Shown here one piece after another: positions 53,247 through 61,733 of a stretch of DNA of 64,000 nucleotides (positions are counted from its first letter, which is position 1; each line of letters begins with the position of its first letter). Origin of the DNA: Candidatus Acidiferrales bacterium (GTDB lineage Bacteria > Patescibacteriota > Microgenomatia > Levybacterales > UBA12049); the NCBI GenBank assembly GCA_035533875.1, contig DATLSZ010000001.1:3614-67613 (forward strand). Reading direction: 5' to 3'. The translations under genes were made by a program, and so were the position numbers. Below the pieces are notes generated by a model, which saw only the letters and a list, made by a program, of their open reading frames with translations, searched no databases and was not told where the DNA came from.

Positions 53247-54274
53247 AATTTTTTGGTTTTCTTCAAATATTCCAGATATCCAATTTCCTTTTTCTTCGTT
53301 ATTAATTCGGAGACCGGAACTCCGTTTCTTTTTGCGATATGGCTGGTCGTTTCAAAGATAAATCCGTCGGATCCGGCGCCCGATCCGTATGACACAAAAA
53401 AGATTTTCTGATGAGGCTTTGCGATATCGAGAACCGCTGCCAAACCAAGCAGTGCTGCCGCGGTATACGGATTGCCGATCTTATCAACAGTCAATGAAGG
53501 CTTGAGTTGTTCATCAGTGAACCCGAGCTTTTTTGCAGCAACACGGGGGAATTTTCCGTTTGGCATATGGATCACACAATAATCAAAATCGTTGGGTGAC
53601 AAACCGCTCTGTTGTAAAAGCTTCTTCCCTTCAGAGATGACATGATGGAAATATGCAGGCTCGCCGGTGAAGCGTCCCGCGTGTGAAGGATATTTTGCGC
53701 CGTCTCTCCGCCAGAAATCGGGGGTATCAGAGGTGAATGAAGACATGGATAAAATTTTTGCGATTATCTTATCGGTATCACTTCCCAAAATGTAGGATGC
53801 CGCTGCGCTTCCTGCGGTAAATTCCAGTATGTCTCTTGGCTTTGCCTGTGCGGTATCCGCGCCAATCACCATTCCGTATTTGATTTTTTTACTATCAACA
53901 AGACCAGCAGTCATACCCATCCCAGCAGTCGCTGCCTTGCAGGCAAATTCCAAATCAGCCGCGAAATAATCAGTACCGACTCCAAGAATCTCAGCAATTG
54001 TTGAAGATGTCGGATTGACCGCGTATGGATGGCTTTCAGACCCGACAAAAACACTTTGGATTGCCGATGCGTGCAACTTTGCTTTTTGCAACGCAGCAAA
54101 ACTTGCCTCAACGCCCATGCTTACCGCGTCTTCGTCATAATTGGGAACTGCTTTTTCCTCTATATGCAGAGCAGTCATGATCTCGGCCGGATTTTTATCC
54201 CACGCGAGTGCGATCTCTTCCAATCGTATTCTGTATCGGGGAACATATACCCCGTATGAAACTATACCTGACAT
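53243..54274 (-). CDS. hydroxymethylglutaryl-CoA synthase (archaeal-type)
   Basis: GSESHPYAVNPT, EFACKAATAG (catalytic Cys), HMPNGKFP, SYGSGAGSD. Confidence 0.85.
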   Translation of the reverse strand: MSGIVSYGVYVPRYRIRLEEIALAWDKNPAEIMTALHIEEKAVPNYDEDAVSMGVEASFAALQKAKLHASAIQSVFVGSESHPYAVNPTSSTIAEILGVGTDYFAADLEFACKAATAGMGMTAGLVDSKKIKYGMVIGADTAQAKPRDILEFTAGSAAASYILGSDTDKIIAKILSMSSFTSDTPDFWRRDGAKYPSHAGRFTGEPAYFHHVISEGKKLLQQSGLSPNDFDYCVIHMPNGKFPRVAAKKLGFTDEQLKPSLTVDKIGNPYTAAALLGLAAVLDIAKPHQKIFFVSYGSGAGSDGFIFETTSHIAKRNGVPVSELITKKKEIGYLEYLKKTKKL

Positions 54275-54349
54275 AAAATTTGGATTTAAGATTTAAGAAA
54301 TAAGATTTAAGATTTTTTACTCTTTAATCCTAAATCTTTAATCGTAAAT
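54275..54349 (-). repeat. tandem-unit hairpin element, family 3 (GATTTAAGA/TCTTAAATC words)
   Basis: GGATTTAAGATTTAAGAAATAAGATTTAAGATT-TTTTA-CTCTTTAATCCTAAATCTTTAATCGTAAATC; fills the HMGR-stop to HMGS-start spacer. Confidence 0.7.
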
Positions 54350-55495
54350 CTACTTTTCTCCTCTTCCCAACTCTTTGTGCGCTCGTCCCAAACTTCCCTG
54401 TGCAAGGCTTGCCAACAGAGAAAGCTCACCAGCTAGAACAGCCCCACCGATAATTTCTGCGAACGTTCCAACGTTATTTTCACCCTCAACTCCAAGAATC
54501 TCTAATGCTTCTTTCTGCGTTGCCAACCCGGTTCCTCCTCCTACAGTTCCGACAATAAGCGCTGGTAAATAAATAGAAACATACAGATCTCCCTTTGGCA
54601 ATACTTTCGTCGTTGTTATCCCCATGCTACCCTCAACGACATGCGCCGGATCCTGACCTGTTGCGATAAAAAGTGCCGCGATAATATTTGCATAATGCGC
54701 GTTAAAGCCCATCGAACCGCTCATCGCTGATCCAATCATACACTTCCCTAGCCATACATCAAACATCTCCTCAGCAGTTGTCTTAAGAACTGAATGTAAA
54801 ATATCTTTTTGCAAAACAGTTTCTGCCCAGACAACAAACCCTCTATTATTAATAAAATTCAGCCAGGACGGTTTTTTATCAACATCAAAATTCCCGGCAA
54901 CCGAAAGACACTTCGCACCGGTCTCTTCCTCAATTACCTGCGCCATCGCTTCTGATGCGATCGTCACCATATTCATCCCCATCGCATCGGCGGTATCAAA
55001 AGCAAACCGCACAAAAAGATACTGTCCAACCTCACGCACCAGTACGTTTTCCATGTGCAGATGACGGGAAGTTTTTTCCGCAGTCTCTGCTAATCTTTTT
55101 TTGTTTTTTTCAATCCAAAGACGCGCCGCCTGTCGTTCTTTCGACGATGAAACAACAAAAACCGGTCCGCGAGTTTGTCCTTCACGACGGGAACTAACAA
55201 ATGCACCGCCTGATACATTTATCGCTTTACAGCCGCGCGCAACAGATGCGATAAGTGCTCCTTCTGTTGTTGCCAACGGCAGATAAAAATCACCGTGAGC
55301 AAATCCGCCAGAAACTGCAATTGGCCCGGCAATTCCCATAGGAACCTGTGCAGCGCCGATCATATTCTCGCAATTTTTTGTCGATGCAGCCTGTTCATCG
55401 AATGTATATTTTCCAATATTGTTTAGACTAAGCCCCAATTCATGCTCTACTGCAGCCCTTCGCTCGGCAGCAGTCTTATATGTTCTCACGTTCAT
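54350..55495 (-). CDS. hydroxymethylglutaryl-CoA reductase, class I, soluble
   Basis: ENMIGAAQVPMGIAGP, TTEGALIASVARGCKA, DAMGMNMV, GTVGGGT. Confidence 0.9.
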   Translation of the reverse strand: MNVRTYKTAAERRAAVEHELGLSLNNIGKYTFDEQAASTKNCENMIGAAQVPMGIAGPIAVSGGFAHGDFYLPLATTEGALIASVARGCKAINVSGGAFVSSRREGQTRGPVFVVSSSKERQAARLWIEKNKKRLAETAEKTSRHLHMENVLVREVGQYLFVRFAFDTADAMGMNMVTIASEAMAQVIEEETGAKCLSVAGNFDVDKKPSWLNFINNRGFVVWAETVLQKDILHSVLKTTAEEMFDVWLGKCMIGSAMSGSMGFNAHYANIIAALFIATGQDPAHVVEGSMGITTTKVLPKGDLYVSIYLPALIVGTVGGGTGLATQKEALEILGVEGENNVGTFAEIIGGAVLAGELSLLASLAQGSLGRAHKELGRGEK

Positions 55496-55527
55496 ACTAT
55501 AGTAGGTAATTACTAAGTCGTATTTTT

Positions 55528-55557
55528 TTGCTAAATCATTCGTTTTTGTTATATAAT
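55528..55557 (+). promoter_or_regulatory. sigma70-type promoter, leaderless configuration (ECF sigma gene)
   Basis: TTGCTA-18 nt-TATAAT; ATG 55566 lies 8 nt after the -10. Confidence 0.6.
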
Positions 55558-55565
55558 CAGACCAT

Positions 55566-56096
55566 ATGCATATTGTTGAGAAAATCCTCCAAGGCGACGC
55601 CCATGCAGTAGAGACATTCTATCAGCAATACTCACCCGGCATCCTCAGATATTTAAAAAGCAAGCTGCCCAAAACAGAAGACGCGCAGGAAATTCTCAAT
55701 GATGTATTCCTCGATGCAGTTGACGGACTGCCGTCGCTTAACAAACAAACAAGCGTCAAATCTTGGATCTATCAAATCGCGCATTATAAAATAGTGAACT
55801 TTTACCGCAAACAGAAAATTAAATCCCTCATTTTCTCACAATTTCCCTACCTGAAAATTGTTGATGAGGAAGTACATCAACCGGAATTCCAGCTGGAAAA
55901 AGAAGAATTAAAAATGAGATTGCAAATGGCACTTGAGAAACTCTCCCAGAAGTATCAGCAAATACTCCGCATGCATTACATCGAAGAATTGCCGGTCAAG
56001 ATTATTTCACTGCAATTAAACCTGTCATTCAAGGCAACCGAATCACGTCTCTACCGGGCCAGAATGCAGTTTATAAAAAATTATAACCTTATGTAA
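55566..56096 (+). CDS. ECF-type RNA polymerase sigma factor
   Basis: Region 2 (DAQEILNDVFLD, SWIYQIAHYKIVNFYR) and region 4 HTH (LRMHYIEELPVKIISLQLNLSFKATESRLYRAR). Confidence 0.85.
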   Translation: MHIVEKILQGDAHAVETFYQQYSPGILRYLKSKLPKTEDAQEILNDVFLDAVDGLPSLNKQTSVKSWIYQIAHYKIVNFYRKQKIKSLIFSQFPYLKIVDEEVHQPEFQLEKEELKMRLQMALEKLSQKYQQILRMHYIEELPVKIISLQLNLSFKATESRLYRARMQFIKNYNLM

Positions 56097-56151
56097 GAGA
56101 GGAATAAATTTTTTCGCAGAATGGATGACGAAGTCTGTATTCAAGAAAAAA

Positions 56152-56176
56152 TTTCGTTCCGAACGAAAATATTTTT
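56152..56176 (+). terminator. hairpin terminator after the ECF sigma gene
   Basis: TTTCGTT-CCG-AACGAAA followed by ATATTTTT. Confidence 0.5.
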
Positions 56177-56207
56177 ATAAAATCTAAATAACTAGCAACA
56201 TAAATGT

Positions 56208-56435
56208 ATGAAGGAACGTGATTTTGTACAGCTCCTCCAGGAACGTGCCCGAGAACAAAAAAAGGCAATGGATCAAGTCCCCTTTCCGAAATTTTTTGCC
56301 TTTGCAATCGTTTGGCTCAGCGATCATCCATGGCGATATCTCATCCCTTTGGCATTTATTATTTCATTGGTATTACGTGGAATTATAGGACATGAATATA
56401 CTAACTTTGTCCTAGGATTATTTCGTGGATTATGA
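56208..56435 (+). CDS. small membrane protein, possible anti-sigma partner
   Basis: 75 aa with two hydrophobic helices; sits directly downstream of the ECF sigma gene. Confidence 0.45.
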   Translation: MKERDFVQLLQERAREQKKAMDQVPFPKFFAFAIVWLSDHPWRYLIPLAFIISLVLRGIIGHEYTNFVLGLFRGL

Positions 56436-56749
56436 AAAAAAGAGTAATCGTTGTTTATTCGAGTTATCTATGGACGAAAACGCTTCTTGGAATGACCTTC
56501 CACCCGTACCGTTCTATCAAAGAAGCAATCCGTCGACCTGTCCTGCTACCAGTGATTTTCTCACCAATCATTGCAATCCTGCTTCTTTTTCTAGCAGCAA
56601 AAGTTGGCTCATTATTAATTGTCGTCTATGGTATCAAACGTGAAGCAGTAGCAATTTTTCTCAGTACAACACTCATATCTATCATTTTCTGGCAAACACT
56701 CCTTCTCTATTTTCTTATCAGTTTCTTCGTGGCGTTGAGGAAAAGATAA
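56432..56749 (+). CDS. small polytopic membrane protein
   Basis: 105 aa, three TM helices; 4-nt overlap with the previous ORF. Confidence 0.5.
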   Translation: MKKRVIVVYSSYLWTKTLLGMTFHPYRSIKEAIRRPVLLPVIFSPIIAILLLFLAAKVGSLLIVVYGIKREAVAIFLSTTLISIIFWQTLLLYFLISFFVALRKR

Positions 56750-56761
56750 ATTTGGGGACAG

Positions 56762-58228
56762 CTACTTTTTAGTCACTCTCGGACCTTTTTTGGTATCTTC
56801 CAACTCATATCCTAACTTTTCAAGCTTTGAACGGATCTGATCTGCGGCATTAAATTTCCTCTGCTTTCGTAAATGCTGGCGCTCTTCAACTAACTGTTGG
56901 ATATGTCCGGGGAGAATTTGTTGCGCGTTGCGAATCAATAAACTCATTTCCTGCAAATTCAATCCCAGCACACGGTCCATCTTAAATAATAATCGCATCT
57001 TGGGTCCACTCGGATATTGAGACTTTACCACTTCCCACATGACCGCAAGTGCTTGCGATGTATTAAGGTCATCATTCACAGCATCCAAAAACCGCTTTTC
57101 AAAATCTTCAAAAATACTCGCCGGCATTTTCCCCTGACTTTCCGAAGGTTCTTCCCAACGACTAATATCCAAGACTAATTTTTTGTAAGCATTTTGCGCG
57201 GCATCAAGTGCATTAAAAGTAAAATTCATTTCCTGCCGGTAATGCGTCTGGAGATATAAATAACGCAATGCCAGAACATCATAACCTTCTTTTTCCAGAT
57301 CATACACTGTATACAGATTGCCCTGACTTTTACTCATCCTCTCGCCGTTAACGAGAATAAACGCGCCATGTAACCAATAGTCTACAAATTTCTTCCCAGT
57401 CGCCGCTTCTGCTTGTGCTATTTCATTAGGATGATGTGTTTCTTTTAGATCAATACCGCCGGTATGAATATCAAATGTCTCTCCCAGATATTTCATACTC
57501 ATTGCAGAACATTCGATATGCCAGCCTGGGAATCCTATCCCCCACGGACTTTTCCACTCCATTTGGCGTTTTGACACTTCATCTGCTTTCTTTCCGGATT
57601 GTGCCAGATATTCTTTGAACGATACTCCACCCGGATAAGAAAATTTCCATAAAGCAAAATCACGCTGATTTTTTTTCTCAAGATTTTCCTCAACCCGGGC
57701 AATTTTGATCTTATCTAAGCTGGATAACGCGCCATACTGAGGGAATTTGGTAGTATCAAAATAGACGCCATCCGAAGTCTTATACGTAAATCCTTTTTCT
57801 TCAAGCTTTTTTACCAGGTCAATCTGTTCTTTTATGTGGTCGGTTGCTTTGGCAAATTTTATTGGTTTCTCCAAATTAAGCTTGTCAAAATCCTTAAGAA
57901 AAACATCGCCATAAAATTCCGCAATCTCCCACGCTGTCTTGCCTTCTTTCTTTGCCGCTTTTTCCATCCGGTCTTCACCTAAATCCGCATCACCTAAGTT
58001 GTCACCGGTGAGATGGCCGACATCAGTCAAATTCATGATGTAATTGACAGTATATCCGTTATATTCCAGAACACGTTTTAAAATATCAGCCATTGTATAC
58101 GTCCGGAAATTGCCAATGTGGGCAAATGAATACACAGTCGGTCCACACGTATACATCCCAACTTGTAGTGGATGAATCGGTTTAAATTCTTCAACTTTTT
58201 TTGTGAGAGAGTTATAAAGATTTAGCAT
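56762..58228 (-). CDS. cysS: cysteine--tRNA ligase
   Basis: CGPTVYSFAHIGNFR (HIGH), KMSKSQGN (KMSKS), WHIECS. Confidence 0.95.
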   Translation of the reverse strand: MLNLYNSLTKKVEEFKPIHPLQVGMYTCGPTVYSFAHIGNFRTYTMADILKRVLEYNGYTVNYIMNLTDVGHLTGDNLGDADLGEDRMEKAAKKEGKTAWEIAEFYGDVFLKDFDKLNLEKPIKFAKATDHIKEQIDLVKKLEEKGFTYKTSDGVYFDTTKFPQYGALSSLDKIKIARVEENLEKKNQRDFALWKFSYPGGVSFKEYLAQSGKKADEVSKRQMEWKSPWGIGFPGWHIECSAMSMKYLGETFDIHTGGIDLKETHHPNEIAQAEAATGKKFVDYWLHGAFILVNGERMSKSQGNLYTVYDLEKEGYDVLALRYLYLQTHYRQEMNFTFNALDAAQNAYKKLVLDISRWEEPSESQGKMPASIFEDFEKRFLDAVNDDLNTSQALAVMWEVVKSQYPSGPKMRLLFKMDRVLGLNLQEMSLLIRNAQQILPGHIQQLVEERQHLRKQRKFNAADQIRSKLEKLGYELEDTKKGPRVTKK

Positions 58229-58236
58229 ATGGTTGC

Positions 58237-58242
58237 ATTATA
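58237..58242 (-). promoter_or_regulatory. -10 box, leaderless configuration (cysS)
   Basis: TATAAT, then 8 nt, then ATG 58228. Confidence 0.55.
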
Positions 58243-58292
58243 GCTGAAGCAAGCACGAATGCAAAGTATTTGAAGTTCCAACAAATAATTGG

Positions 58293-58925
58293 TTATCCCG
58301 ATGTTCCCCGGTTGACTTCTGTCTTTGTCCTTGCTAGTTGTACTGCCATTGGCTGCTGCTGCTTTTTACCAAACATTGATCCTGTCTTTTTTCCTGCGGG
58401 CAACGCAACTTCTTCTTTCTTTTTTTCTTCCTCTTCTTTCTTCCGTCGCTCTTCCTCTTCTTCCTCCTGCTTTCGTTGTTCCTCTTTCTGCTTTCGCATT
58501 TGTCGAGCTTTTTCCATCTCCTGATCCAAACCTATTGTGGCACTGTTTATGCCGGCAGCATTTTGTGCAGATTTGAATTTCATGCTGTAGTTAGCAAATA
58601 ATTCACTTCTGATTTTTTCCATTTTTGCCTGTTCTTCCGGAGATTGATTGGTGTTGCCGCTTGCTGTCTTTGACTGCGCTCCTCCCGTGTTGGAAGTATG
58701 CTGCCCAGCGGCAGCTTGAGGGTCATCATTATCTGTGTCTTGATCTTGTCCTGAAGGAGTAAGGCCATACAATTGATCTACAATTGCTTTCGTGTCATCT
58801 TTTACTTGCTGACTCGCTTGTGCAGTTGCCGCTTTTGCTACATTCTTTGCCGCCTGACTGACCGGCATTCCCTGCTCAAAACTTGCACCTTCGTCATCAT
58901 TGTTAAAAGGATTAAAGTTTGGCAT
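58293..58925 (-). CDS. hypothetical protein, disordered with Glu/Lys-rich coiled segment
   Basis: 210-aa ORF containing KQKEEQRKQEEEEEERRKKEEEEKKKEE. ATG 58925 lies 6 nt after TGATAGTAT. Confidence 0.55.
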   Translation of the reverse strand: MPNFNPFNNDDEGASFEQGMPVSQAAKNVAKAATAQASQQVKDDTKAIVDQLYGLTPSGQDQDTDNDDPQAAAGQHTSNTGGAQSKTASGNTNQSPEEQAKMEKIRSELFANYSMKFKSAQNAAGINSATIGLDQEMEKARQMRKQKEEQRKQEEEEEERRKKEEEEKKKEEVALPAGKKTGSMFGKKQQQPMAVQLARTKTEVNRGTSG

Positions 58926-58931
58926 ACTTCT

Positions 58932-58940
58932 ATACTATCA
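58932..58940 (-). promoter_or_regulatory. TG-extended -10, leaderless configuration
   Basis: TGATAGTAT, then 6 nt, then ATG 58925. Confidence 0.5.
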
Positions 58941-58978
58941 CATCTTTCTCTTTAATCTTGATTCTTCAATCTTAAATC
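58938..58978 (-). repeat. half element, family 3 words only (no partner arm)
   Basis: CTTTAATCTTGATTCTTCAATCTTAAATC directly after the recR stop, followed in sense by a TGATAGTAT promoter. Confidence 0.5.
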
Positions 58979-59587
58979 TCAGTAATCTGATCTTCCTTCC
59001 ATTGCCCGTTCAAGTGTTGTTGGATCCGCGTATTCGATATCAGCACCAATCGGCAAACCTCTTCCAATTCTGGAAATTTTGAGATTTGAGTTTTGAGTTT
59101 TGAGTTTTTTGCTAATATACATTGCCGTCGCTTCACCTTCCATTGTAGGATTTGTTGCCAATATTATTTCCTTAACGCTATCACCTTCACTCTTTATTCT
59201 TTGTAAAAGTTCATTGATGCGAATTTCATCCGGTCCTATATTGTTCAATGGATCGATTTTCCCGTTGAGTACATGATAAACTCCAGGATATTTTTTACTT
59301 TTCTCAAGAGCGATGACATCAAGCGGCTGTTCAACAACGCAAATTACTGAATGATTTCTTTGCAAATCAAGGCAAATTGAACACGGATCGGACTCTCCGA
59401 TGTTGTAGCAAATTGAGCAAATTACGGTATCTTTTTTCAGGTTTTGCACCGCGGAGGCAAATCGATCTAGTTCACCTTGTGGAACGTGTAATAAATAAAA
59501 CGTCAGCCGCTCAGCGCTTTTCGGCCCAATGCCGGGAAGCCGCTCAAACGATTCAATAACATGTTGTATTGCTCTTGGTATCTTCAT
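58979..59587 (-). CDS. recR: recombination protein RecR
   Basis: LPGIGPKSAERL (HhH), C4 zinc finger CSICYN...CSIC, Toprim ICVVEQP...ATNPTMEGEATA. Confidence 0.95.
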   Translation of the reverse strand: MKIPRAIQHVIESFERLPGIGPKSAERLTFYLLHVPQGELDRFASAVQNLKKDTVICSICYNIGESDPCSICLDLQRNHSVICVVEQPLDVIALEKSKKYPGVYHVLNGKIDPLNNIGPDEIRINELLQRIKSEGDSVKEIILATNPTMEGEATAMYISKKLKTQNSNLKISRIGRGLPIGADIEYADPTTLERAMEGRSDY

Positions 59588-59687
59588 AAATTTTCAATAT
59601 GAAATTTTTAATTTTAAACTAAATTACAATTTTTAAAACATTGACTCATTGAAAATTGAATGAAAATTGTAAATTGAAAATTAAAAA
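59588..59687 (-). repeat. tandem-unit hairpin element, family 4 (AATTTTCAA/TTGAAAATT words)
   Basis: Arm 59603-59634 (AATTTTTAATTTTAAACTAAATTACAATTTT) versus the reverse complement of 59663-59689 (AATTTTTAATTTTCAATTTACAATTTT). Fills the prs-stop to recR-start spacer. Confidence 0.75.
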
Positions 59688-60656
59688 TTATGCGTGCAGT
59701 TCTTTGCTTATCATCTCCGCAACAGATAGTACGTGTAATTTTGGAAAATACTTTTCCTCCGAGATAAACACCGTATCGGTGACATACACGCGGTCAATGC
59801 TGGATTCCTGCAATAGCTCCGGTGCCTCTTCGGAAAAGACGGCATGAGTTGCAAAAACATCACATGAGACAACACCGTTGTCTTTCAGAAGCTGCGCCGA
59901 CTGCACAACTGTATTGCCGCTTGAGACCATATCATCTACTATAAGTGCCCGTTTGCCGGGGAGATCTGAAGGATTGAGTGGCCCTTCAAATTGTTTTATA
60001 GTAATATCCCCTGTCCGTAAATCCCGATCTTTTACCGTTGCTATCCACGGAATGCCACTGAGCATTTCAGACATCTGCTCGATCCGTCTCAGTCCTCCCA
60101 TATCGGGTGAAACAAGGATTGTGTCTTTTAGGAAGTCATCAGGATTATTGCTATCAACAAGTGTATTAAACGCTTTACTCTGTATCCGCTCTGCAAAAAG
60201 AGGAAGTGCTGAAAGATGTGTTATCGGAATATGAAACAATTCCGGAATTTTGATGGAGTGCAGATCAAGAGCTATCACTTTGTCAACTTTCAATGATTCC
60301 AAAAATCGGATCATCACATCAAGAGAAACTACTTCTCCTTCACGAAAAACATGATCCTGCCGCTGATACCCAAGATATGGGATGACGGCAGTTACTGATT
60401 TTGCACCATTTCGCCTCAATGCATCGATGATAAAAAAGAGCTCAATGTAATTCTGGTCCACAGGTGTATTGGTCGATTGGATAACAACAGTGTTTTCTTC
60501 AAGAACATTGGCATTGAGCTTGATCCGCCGTTCTCCGTCAGGAAAAATCATGGTCTCAATCGGAGATAGTTTTGTCGTAAGGTCCTTTGCAATTGCTTCT
60601 GCGAGCGGCTTGTTGGAAGAGCCTGAAAAAAGTTTCATGAAGCTATTGTACCACAC
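59688..60656 (-). CDS. prs: ribose-phosphate pyrophosphokinase paralog (divergent copy)
   Basis: FPDGERRIK, AVIPYLGYQRQD, ALIVDDMVSSGNTV. GTG 60656 lies 1 nt after the upstream stop; ATG 60638 is an alternative start. Confidence 0.85.
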   Translation of the reverse strand: MWYNSFMKLFSGSSNKPLAEAIAKDLTTKLSPIETMIFPDGERRIKLNANVLEENTVVIQSTNTPVDQNYIELFFIIDALRRNGAKSVTAVIPYLGYQRQDHVFREGEVVSLDVMIRFLESLKVDKVIALDLHSIKIPELFHIPITHLSALPLFAERIQSKAFNTLVDSNNPDDFLKDTILVSPDMGGLRRIEQMSEMLSGIPWIATVKDRDLRTGDITIKQFEGPLNPSDLPGKRALIVDDMVSSGNTVVQSAQLLKDNGVVSCDVFATHAVFSEEAPELLQESSIDRVYVTDTVFISEEKYFPKLHVLSVAEMISKELHA

Positions 60657-60657
60657 A

Positions 60658-61635
60658 TCACAATATTAGAGCCTGACTGATAGATTCACCGGTTCTTATT
60701 CTGCGGATTGCTTCTGCCAGAAGCGGAGCAACAGTAACAACAGAGATTTTTTTGTTATTCAAAACTTCCTCTCTGGGTTTTATAGAATCAGTGATGATCA
60801 TCTCTTCAATAGTTGATTCATTGATTTTTTTCAACGCATCTCCTGAAAATAATCCATGCGTCGCGGCAACACGCACGCTCCTAGCACCTTTTTCTTTTAT
60901 GAAATTTGCCGCATGGACTATCGTACCGGCAGTATCAATCATGTCATCAACCAACAACACATCTTTGTCTTTTACATTACCAATGATATTTACTGTCTCT
61001 GAAACATTGTTCACTTCCAAATCCCGCTCTTTATAGGCAATTGCTATTCCTTCCGCTTGCAGTAATTTTGCATAACCGGCAGCCCGCAAAAAACCACCCT
61101 TATCAGGTGAAGCAACTACGAGATTGTGCATATTACGTTCTTTAAGTGCCGGTAATAACGAGTAGCTGCCGTAGACATTGTCCCATGGCTGCTTGATCGA
61201 TCCTTCCATTTGTTCTGAATGGATATCAAGCGTCAATATCCGATCAATTCCTGCATTGACCAAAAGTGAAGCAACAGCTGATGCGCTGATTGGGACACGG
61301 GACATTTCTTTTCTATCCTGACGGGAATAACCAAAATACGGGATAACCGCAGTAACTTCAGACGCATTCGCACGACGTGCAGCATCAGCCATAAGAGCAA
61401 GTTCCATGATATGATCATTTACCGGGATAGAGGTAGATTGTATGAGGAATACATTTCTGCGGCGTAAATTTGGCTTGATCCGGACTCGGATCTCTCCGTC
61501 GGAAAAAATACTGATCGGACAGGTAACTTCTACCTTCAGTATTTTAGCAATTGATTCCGCGAGCGGAGGATTGGCACGGCCCGCTAACAGAATAAATTCA
61601 TCAGATTCCATAGCTGTATTTGTTTGTCCGATCAT
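60658..61635 (-). CDS. prs: ribose-phosphate pyrophosphokinase (canonical copy)
   Basis: FSDGEIRVR, AVIPYFGYSRQDRK, VLLVDDMIDTAGTI. Confidence 0.95.
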   Translation of the reverse strand: MIGQTNTAMESDEFILLAGRANPPLAESIAKILKVEVTCPISIFSDGEIRVRIKPNLRRRNVFLIQSTSIPVNDHIMELALMADAARRANASEVTAVIPYFGYSRQDRKEMSRVPISASAVASLLVNAGIDRILTLDIHSEQMEGSIKQPWDNVYGSYSLLPALKERNMHNLVVASPDKGGFLRAAGYAKLLQAEGIAIAYKERDLEVNNVSETVNIIGNVKDKDVLLVDDMIDTAGTIVHAANFIKEKGARSVRVAATHGLFSGDALKKINESTIEEMIITDSIKPREEVLNNKKISVVTVAPLLAEAIRRIRTGESISQALIL

Positions 61636-61733
61636 ACTATTCCCGGAAAACTCAGAACGCTCAGAGAACCAGAATATCTGAAATTCAAATTATCAGATAT
61701 TCTTTATACTCCGAATTTTCTGAGTGTTCCAAA
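61636..61733 (-). repeat. tandem-unit hairpin element, family 1
   Basis: GGAAAACTCAGAACGCTCAGAGAACCAGAATATCTGA...TCAGATATTCTTTATACTCCGAATTTTCTGAGTGTTCC; fills the ybaB-stop to prs-start spacer. Confidence 0.8.

Noticed and set aside
59077-59110. TTTTGAGATTTGAGTTTTGAGTTTTGAG run inside recR that resembles family-2 words
   Set aside because: It encodes KTQNSNLKIS in the conserved position just before the RecR C-terminal (V)SRI(A/G)xGLPxG segment. It does not add noticeable length and has no inverted partner, so it is probably coincidental coding sequence.
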